Source: Candidatus Bathyarchaeota archaeon (lineage in GTDB: Archaea > Thermoproteota > Bathyarchaeia > Bathyarchaeales > Bathycorpusculaceae). From it: a stretch of DNA of 64,000 bases. The stretch lies in the NCBI GenBank assembly GCA_963811105.1, contig CAWEPZ010000011.1, positions 416,001 to 480,000 of the forward strand, in the 5' to 3' direction. Positions 57,330-64,000 of this stretch are shown in pieces. The notes below the pieces were generated by a model that did not search any database, was not told where the DNA came from, and saw nothing but the letters and a program-made list of their open reading frames with translations. The translations under genes were made by a program, and so were the position numbers. Every line of letters starts with the position of its first letter. The stretch's first letter is position 1.

Positions 57330-58298
57330 TTACTTAACTAGCTTCCTTAATTCTCCGACAGAAATTTTTTCAATATTAGTATTACTTGAATACCGAAAAC
57401 CTTCAGGCAATTTTTCACCATTTAACCAGTTTTTCGCGTTCCACCAAGCATGAAGAGGCTCAATGACATACATATCGTCTAATTCTACCGTATGCCATGA
57501 CTCATCTTCACCAACCAATGTCTCATGAAGCTTTTCTCCAGGCCGAATACCAATGAATTTGACTTCACATTTTGGCGCTATAGCCTCAACTAAGTCCATT
57601 ATATTCATACTGGGGATCTTAGGAATGAAAACTTCACCGCCATTCATTTTTTCAATACAATTAATAACAAACCTAACACCTTGTTCCAAGTCAATCCAGA
57701 AACGCGTCATACGAGCATCGGTCACAGTGACACAACCATTGTTTCGTTGCTGCACAAAAAGAGGAATTACACTACCCCTGCTTCCCACAACATTACCATA
57801 ACGAACGCATGAAAATCTGGTCGGCTTTTCTCCACTGTATGAATTAGCTTGAACAAGAAGCTTCTCAGCCACGAGTTTAGTAGCTCCATATAAGTTGACT
57901 GGATTTACTGCCTTATCAGTACTAAGGCCAATAACTCTCTCAACATCTGTATCTAGTGCTGCATCAATTACATTTCTTGCTCCCATCACATTTGTCATAA
58001 TAGCCTCTATGGGATTGTATTCACATGCAGGAACTTGCTTAAGAGCTGCTGCATGAACAACCACATCCACTTCATTCATTGCCCGATTCAGTCGCGATTC
58101 ATCTCTGACATCACCGATAAAGAAACGTAATGCAGGGTCATCGTATCCGCTGGTTTGCATTTCATGTTGTTTTAATTCATCTCTACTAAAAACTATTAAC
58201 TTTTTTGGATGAAAGTCACGAAGCATAACCTTTATGAACATTTTCCCAAACGAACCGGTACCACCAGTTACCATCACAACCTTGTTTTCCCAAAACAC
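57330..58298 (-). CDS. pseB: UDP-GlcNAc 4,6-dehydratase (inverting)
   Basis: TGGTGSFG, SRDELKQ, AALKQVPACEYNP, STDKA, RYGNVVGSRGSV, MTRFWI, GIRPGEKLHE. Confidence 0.96.
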   Translation of the reverse strand: MFWENKVVMVTGGTGSFGKMFIKVMLRDFHPKKLIVFSRDELKQHEMQTSGYDDPALRFFIGDVRDESRLNRAMNEVDVVVHAAALKQVPACEYNPIEAIMTNVMGARNVIDAALDTDVERVIGLSTDKAVNPVNLYGATKLVAEKLLVQANSYSGEKPTRFSCVRYGNVVGSRGSVIPLFVQQRNNGCVTVTDARMTRFWIDLEQGVRFVINCIEKMNGGEVFIPKIPSMNIMDLVEAIAPKCEVKFIGIRPGEKLHETLVGEDESWHTVELDDMYVIEPLHAWWNAKNWLNGEKLPEGFRYSSNTNIEKISVGELRKLVK

Positions 58299-58383
58299 CT
58301 ACATTACCTTCCAAAACCAAAGACTACATATTGTAAGCAAATCTTCAGTCATTTTAATCATCATTATAGGCATATGCAACAAC

Positions 58384-58974
58384 CTATTTCTCAAATAGCC
58401 ACCAATGAGTTCTATCAAACCCATCAGCCTTATCCCAATACCCTGATCTAACAATCGTTATTTGTGGATAACGTTCCTCAAAATGTTTCTTAAAATCTCT
58501 TTTCCATAGCACATCATTATGTCCATGATAAGGTATCACTGTCTCTTCTTGCGCATAATACTCAATTACTAACAAGTATTTGCTAGATGCACGATACAAT
58601 TCGTCAATTGCTTTTGGCAGATCTTCTAAACTAATATGTATCAAAACGCCGCTCGTAAAAACCAAATCAAAATATCCATCTTTGAATGGTATATCGAATA
58701 TATTTCCCTGAAGGATTGCCAATTTATTATCTAATCTGCCCTGCAACACTGCATATTTCGATGGCTCTAACCCAATCAATTGATAATCACCAATTCTTGA
58801 GAGAGCTACGAGGTTATGACCCACGTTGCAGCCAACTTCTAAAATCTTATTAATTTTAAGATCGCCAACCATGGATCTAAACGCGTTAACTCGGGTCTCA
58901 GGATCGATAACATTTCTATTTGTATATTCAACCCCAAAATCAGAGCCCCATAGTTTTATTTTCTCTTCTTTCAT
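58384..58974 (-). CDS. Pseudaminic-acid-associated SAM methyltransferase
   Basis: WGSDFGVEYTNRN, LEVGCNVG.NL, FTSGVLIHI, EYY, LWKRDF, WWLFEK. Confidence 0.85.
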   Translation of the reverse strand: MKEEKIKLWGSDFGVEYTNRNVIDPETRVNAFRSMVGDLKINKILEVGCNVGHNLVALSRIGDYQLIGLEPSKYAVLQGRLDNKLAILQGNIFDIPFKDGYFDLVFTSGVLIHISLEDLPKAIDELYRASSKYLLVIEYYAQEETVIPYHGHNDVLWKRDFKKHFEERYPQITIVRSGYWDKADGFDRTHWWLFEK

Positions 58975-59078
58975 AGTGACGACCCAATGGGCACCTATAT
59001 GAAACGTAAGTATTTTAGTTATTCCATAAAATTGCAGACTTTAAAGAAAAAAAGAAAAAATGGAAAACGTTGGTTATG

Positions 59079-60272
59079 CTATTTGCTGGCTTCTTTTTCC
59101 TTGACCTCGACGAATGGTGGGAGAGAGACATAACTTGTTGGATTTTCTAGCTTCCACAAAGGATTTTTCAGTATCCACGTTCCATCAACATTTTCAAATA
59201 TTTCTTTGTTCCAGAACTTTTCAACAATATCCCAAAATTGTCTTGGCTGATAACCCATGAAATTAATAAAGTCCTGCATTGCTAACTTATCCAATCTATG
59301 ATCGTATTTCATTACTAGCTTTATCGCTTCTGCCCTTGTTATCTTGCCACCTCTAATCCATCTACAGGTTATATCAGTAGCTCGTCCAAAACCAAACTTG
59401 GGATATTTCATCCAAAGATGAACAATATAAGAAATTGAGTCTATCTGACCATAATCCTCAACATTTCCTTCTCTTCGCCATTCATGAACTAAATCTATAA
59501 ATCCATAACGTTTCGCTATCTGATAATTTCTCTCATCATCCCAAGGTGTGAAATAACTCATAAAGATAGGCTCCGGCTTTACTCTATTAACATCAGCTTG
59601 CGACGGAGGAATAATGGCATTCATTTCAGACTTAGAAAGCCCGCGGGTTAACCAGAAATCACAAATTTCTTTGCCAAGCTTTTCGGCTGCAGCGCTGTGT
59701 CCTGCCGCTATATATTTTTTGGCGCTGTAATCTTCTTTATCTGTTGTTCCATACTCGAATGCTGCATTTTCACCAAAAACGATTAAAGGTATATTCATGG
59801 ACACCGCAATTTTGTAAGGAGCTGTATAAATTGCTGCTTCAACAAAACGCAACGGCTCCCCAAGTTCTTCAAAACCTATCCTCGTCACTCTTCTAAAAAG
59901 ATCAATGCTCAAATTGAAAAGTATCATGTCACAATTGAAAGCAGATCCCAAATTCGCAAAGTTCTTTTGACCTGTAACGGTTTTCGTGAATGGATCAGCC
60001 ACAGTTATTAGAAGCGGATTCATCCCCATTTTTTCCTTCATAATATAAACTAAATAGTGACTATCTTTTCCTCCACTCACGGGAATAACACAATCGTAAT
60101 ACCCATCTTTCCTTCGGTATTTATCACATAAAGCCTTTAGTTCTGCCCATCTTTTTGACCAGTCAACTTTTTTCTTCTCTTCCTGGTTCAAACATGCTTG
60201 ACATAGTCCTTCTTTACTCATAATGGTGTGAGGACGGGTATCTGGCATTAAACATCTAGTACAATATTTCAC
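59079..60272 (-). CDS. N-acetyl sugar amidotransferase (WbuX/PseA-like)
   Basis: YCTRCLMPDTRP, CQAC, PP-loop VSGGKDS, GEN..EYG, YPKFGFGRATD. Confidence 0.88.
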   Translation of the reverse strand: MKYCTRCLMPDTRPHTIMSKEGLCQACLNQEEKKKVDWSKRWAELKALCDKYRRKDGYYDCVIPVSGGKDSHYLVYIMKEKMGMNPLLITVADPFTKTVTGQKNFANLGSAFNCDMILFNLSIDLFRRVTRIGFEELGEPLRFVEAAIYTAPYKIAVSMNIPLIVFGENAAFEYGTTDKEDYSAKKYIAAGHSAAAEKLGKEICDFWLTRGLSKSEMNAIIPPSQADVNRVKPEPIFMSYFTPWDDERNYQIAKRYGFIDLVHEWRREGNVEDYGQIDSISYIVHLWMKYPKFGFGRATDITCRWIRGGKITRAEAIKLVMKYDHRLDKLAMQDFINFMGYQPRQFWDIVEKFWNKEIFENVDGTWILKNPLWKLENPTSYVSLPPFVEVKEKEASK

Positions 60273-60379
60273 TTATTTTTCCTCCGATTGTATTATTATT
60301 TGGATAAATACTAAACGGGTGTCTTAAAAGTCTTTCTCTATTCCATACAAACAGCAATTTTAACTTATCAGAGACTTAA

Positions 60380-61366
60380 TTAGGAATCTTTTTCCAATAT
60401 GAGATGAATTATTCCTCTGTTTATATTATTCGCAAGAGTATCAAAGTCAACATCCAACTCGTAACTAATCCCGCTTAAATTCTTTCTTTTAAAACTATTA
60501 ATCAACTTATAGGTCGCTTCCAGCCCAAAGTAGCTAACAAGCGGATAAAAGCCACGTGGCATTTCATCTATGACCAACGAAAGCCAAAAACCATGTCTTT
60601 TAAAATTCTTAAAAAGTTGTCTAACATGATCTCTTCCGAACGGAGGAATAACATGAAGCTCCATACAAATAGTGTTAATTCGTTCAGGGATATCGCCACC
60701 AAGCATAAAATATTCATGCCCTTCCAAATCCAGTCTGATCAAATCGATAGGAAACTTTTCAGCCAAATTAGAAAGAGGTAATGCATGAACAGTAATCTCC
60801 TTAAAAATCTCATGCCCGCCATCCTTTAACAACTCAGCTTGAGAGGAAGTGACGTTAAATTTTTTGGCCACATAGAGTTTTAACATTTCCTCTTTATCAG
60901 ACATCGCAACATTGAGAGAAGTTGCATTACCGTATTTTTCAAGAGTTTTTGATAAGAAAGAAAAAGTCAAAGGAACAGGTTCAACAGCTATTACATGTTT
61001 AGCGCCGGCCTGAAGTTCAACCAATGGAAAATATCCAAGATTGCTCCCAATATCAAGAACGAAAAGCTTTTTCCGTTTAATCTTATTAAAAATAGCAAAT
61101 GTATTTAATGGTTCCCGAAAGCCATAAAGATAAAACTCTTTTGAAAAACCTTCATCAACCGGGTTCAAAAGTAATCTCGATTCAGAATCGGAATGCAAAT
61201 TCAATGCACTAAAATTAATTTTTCTCCAGACTTCATTTGTAATCCTAACACTGCCTTTTCTGAGATTATAATATTCTTCCATTAATTGAAGTGAGAATCT
61301 TTGAGCAAACGATAATACCCCATCAGCACCGTTTTCTTTAATTATTTCTTTTGTAAGGGATATCAT
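60380..61366 (-). CDS. FkbM-family methyltransferase
   Basis: REP, LDIGSNLGY, AVEPVP, LDLEGHE, MELH. Confidence 0.85.
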   Translation of the reverse strand: MISLTKEIIKENGADGVLSFAQRFSLQLMEEYYNLRKGSVRITNEVWRKINFSALNLHSDSESRLLLNPVDEGFSKEFYLYGFREPLNTFAIFNKIKRKKLFVLDIGSNLGYFPLVELQAGAKHVIAVEPVPLTFSFLSKTLEKYGNATSLNVAMSDKEEMLKLYVAKKFNVTSSQAELLKDGGHEIFKEITVHALPLSNLAEKFPIDLIRLDLEGHEYFMLGGDIPERINTICMELHVIPPFGRDHVRQLFKNFKRHGFWLSLVIDEMPRGFYPLVSYFGLEATYKLINSFKRKNLSGISYELDVDFDTLANNINRGIIHLILEKDS

Positions 61367-64000
61367 CCGCTTTCCATTTCCTGAATGTTAAAGTGCCTAA
61401 AAAGATTATGCTTATTATTAGAAAAATATTAGGAAGTGAAAAGAAAACATCCTTCCAAGGCATCACATCAACAATAGGATTACTTTGAACAATCTTAACG
61501 TACTCACCTGTAAAATTGTCCATGAACACATATTTATTATCACTATAACCAATTCTAAAATTTATATCTCCGACAAGTTCTACGCCATATGTCCAAGCCG
61601 AAGAATCAGATGGTAATGAAATTTGGGAAAAAGCAATTGTTCCATTAACAATTAACTGAGGTTTTAGTAAAACGAGTTCTGCCGAGGTTGACTCGATCAC
61701 TACTGAGCCATCATTAATCGAATAATTCTCATTTCCCGAATAGACTTCAATTCTAGACCCTTTGCTAACAGTCATTCTAATTGAGCTATTTTCATACTTA
61801 AGCGGAACATAAGATGGAATAGCATTATCATCTAAACCAGTTGAATTGCATAAGTTAGACTTGACTTCTATGCTGGCAGAACCCGAAATGCTGACTGAAT
61901 TAATTTTTGTATTATTAATTGTGGTCTGCCCCACATTACTATTAATAAGCAATTTTTCTGCCATAATTGGTTGCTCTATCAGATACGAACCTGAGATATT
62001 TGCATTAGTGGTAATGTTACCCTCTGCTAAGAAATCGTTCGTTCCATAGGTATCATATTTGCCTATCCACCTGTTCTTCAATGGTTCTCTTGATAGACCT
62101 CCATAACTCTCAGGAAAATGAATACCGTCTTCTTCAAGGGCATTTTTGACAATTGTAACTAATTCACTATTTGCGATCCATCCCTTGTTTCCTGTTTCTA
62201 TCGCTTGATAGATAGGATCAACGTAAACATATAAGACAGTTCCGTTTCCAATCTTTTTTTCAGCGATAAAAGGAGATACATTGCTACCATTCAGTGAATA
62301 ATAGCTCAAGACGTGAACATCACTATCAATACGATAACTAAGTGGCTTAACGCTTAATGTTTTAATTGGATACGTTACAAAGTTAGTACTTATTCCGTTG
62401 GCAGTTGAATTTGCATGATAATTGACTCCGCCAAAAAACAAGCCAAATGAGTTAAACATTTCACCTTGCCCACCCATTACAACAAATGTGCCACCGCCAC
62501 TTATCCAATCAAGCAAAGCTGGACTTTTGACACCATAAGAACTATGTTCATTTATGGCAAGATCGGATGGCGCAATTATTGTTGATTTGTTATAAAAATC
62601 ATCATTTACCAATTGATAAGAAGAATTCAAGGATGCCATAATTAGGTATGATAACAGGGTATTGTTGCTGTACTGCAATGGAGAAAGGTACCCGAAACTG
62701 GATTCGGACGGCGACTCCAAGTATGGTAAACTGTAAAGTGAGAAACGTGAGTTATTAAGTACTAACGGGAGATAATTAATGAAGTCACGGTTAACAGACG
62801 GACCAGCAACCTCCTTATCTATACAAACAAAACCTATGTCCGATGAAAGCAAAGCTATTGTTTCAGGACGGGACGAAAGTATGAAGTCTGGATAAATTGC
62901 AGGTACCGCTGTTGTACCTCCCGCCAGTTTTATTATGGCATTAGACATGTCACCTAAAGTAGCCACTCGTGAAGTAATCGAAACATTTTGTTTAACGAAG
63001 TTAGCCAATTCGAGATTTTCAGAGGTCGCATAAGCCGACCCGAACGGAGTCGCATTTGAAGACATCCAATACTCTGAAGCAATAATTGTACTTGGAACCC
63101 CGAGAATGATTGCTGATAAAAATAGAACAATAGAAAGACGGCGCAAACTAATCTTATGGGAGTTTTCAATTCTTTGCCTATGATAAACTATGTGAAAGTC
63201 AGTATTCTTCAAGATGCGCATTATCTTGAATAATCCCCATCCACCAAGAATAGAAGTAGCTATCGGCAAGATTCTGTATATCAGCCTCCACTCTTTAGTT
63301 CCAGTATTAAAGAAATTGAGATTCAGAAAAGAAACGACAATGCCTAAGATAATCGTTAGAACTGCAACAAGTACAAAAAAGGACAAAGACCGATACTTTT
63401 CAAACTTCATGAATAAACCTGCTAAAGAAAGAGCGCCAACAATCCCAAAACTCAAAGGATAATAATACCAAGGAAAGGTAAATCCTAAGTAGACTACAGC
63501 GTCACCATAATACATGTGTGAATAGCCGTACGAGACAAGAACTATTACAGAAAGTAAATAGAAATAACAAACCAATAGTAACGTGAATTTCTTAAAAAAT
63601 CCATAATTGTTTATAAAACTTGGAAGCTTTAGTTGCAAATACTTTCTAAGATAGGTATAGAGTAAGAGCACACCGAGAATAGCAGCGACTAAGAGATAGT
63701 TAAGCTCAAAAGGAATTATCAACAAAGTTGGCGATGATAACCCTATAACCAGAGTAAGTAGAATACCCAGTGCTAGAGCCACTATATTCTCTCTTACCTC
63801 ATGCAACTTCTTTTTGCTCAAAAGGACATAAGCTGGTAGAAATACGAAAAAGAACGCCAAAGTTGTCTCGATATGAGCCAAGAAAGCAAAAGCAGCTATA
63901 AGTCCAATCAAAAACATTCTGGGTATTGAATTCAATTTACTCTTGAATAAGTACAGCAGCATAAAGATTGAGACAAGAGCTAAAACATAAGTTTTGAAGC
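61338..64000 (-). CDS. Large membrane protein with extracellular C-terminal domain (GT-C-like?), 5' end outside the window
   Basis: Frame open to the window edge; multiple TMs, AFLAH motif, long soluble region, C-terminal TM. Confidence 0.7.
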   Translation of the reverse strand, partial: FKTYVLALVSIFMLLYLFKSKLNSIPRMFLIGLIAAFAFLAHIETTLAFFFVFLPAYVLLSKKKLHEVRENIVALALGILLTLVIGLSSPTLLIIPFELNYLLVAAILGVLLLYTYLRKYLQLKLPSFINNYGFFKKFTLLLVCYFYLLSVIVLVSYGYSHMYYGDAVVYLGFTFPWYYYPLSFGIVGALSLAGLFMKFEKYRSLSFFVLVAVLTIILGIVVSFLNLNFFNTGTKEWRLIYRILPIATSILGGWGLFKIMRILKNTDFHIVYHRQRIENSHKISLRRLSIVLFLSAIILGVPSTIIASEYWMSSNATPFGSAYATSENLELANFVKQNVSITSRVATLGDMSNAIIKLAGGTTAVPAIYPDFILSSRPETIALLSSDIGFVCIDKEVAGPSVNRDFINYLPLVLNNSRFSLYSLPYLESPSESSFGYLSPLQYSNNTLLSYLIMASLNSSYQLVNDDFYNKSTIIAPSDLAINEHSSYGVKSPALLDWISGGGTFVVMGGQGEMFNSFGLFFGGVNYHANSTANGISTNFVTYPIKTLSVKPLSYRIDSDVHVLSYYSLNGSNVSPFIAEKKIGNGTVLYVYVDPIYQAIETGNKGWIANSELVTIVKNALEEDGIHFPESYGGLSREPLKNRWIGKYDTYGTNDFLAEGNITTNANISGSYLIEQPIMAEKLLINSNVGQTTINNTKINSVSISGSASIEVKSNLCNSTGLDDNAIPSYVPLKYENSSIRMTVSKGSRIEVYSGNENYSINDGSVVIESTSAELVLLKPQLIVNGTIAFSQISLPSDSSAWTYGVELVGDINFRIGYSDNKYVFMDNFTGEYVKIVQSNPIVDVMPWKDVFFSLPNIFLIISIIFLGTLTFRKWKADDIPYKRNN

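Noticed and set aside
1-64000. tRNA, rRNA, CRISPR array, integrase or reverse transcriptase
   Set aside because: No T-loop/cloverleaf, rRNA-like tract, repeat-spacer array or catalytic motif seen by eye; an Infernal/tRNAscan run would be needed to exclude small RNAs

Overview
Archaeal chromosomal segment. Gene content (L31e with a long acidic N-terminus, a large beta-propeller surface protein, a NosD-like protein, many TTG starts) suggests Bathyarchaeia/TACK; this assignment is inference. Left third: a partial DUF4011/Hhe-type helicase-nuclease, a tupABC tungstate transporter with a ModE box over its TATA box, modE, a stand-alone eukaryote-length (two-domain) RNA polymerase subunit Rpo5/Rpb5, and a partly decayed nitrogen/redox region (hcp and permease scars, Isf/NosD/NapH-like operon, two tandem amt genes, one broken). 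Middle: the conserved archaeal rnp4-yhbY-rps19e-PDCD5-rpl39e-rpl31e-aIF6-rplX-pfdA-ftsY cluster; rpl39e is absent from the ORF track. Right half: a surface-glycan island of more than 34 kb with dTDP-rhamnose genes, two flippases (one broken), wecB/degT, an internally deleted IS110-like element, four secreted or anchored beta-helix proteins (one with tailspike-like architecture), GT-C-like membrane proteins and a full pseudaminic-acid pathway with tailoring enzymes. The island's left edge carries seven GACT motifs at an exact 10-bp period. No rRNA, tRNA or CRISPR array was seen. All calls come from reading motifs by eye; no database searches were run.
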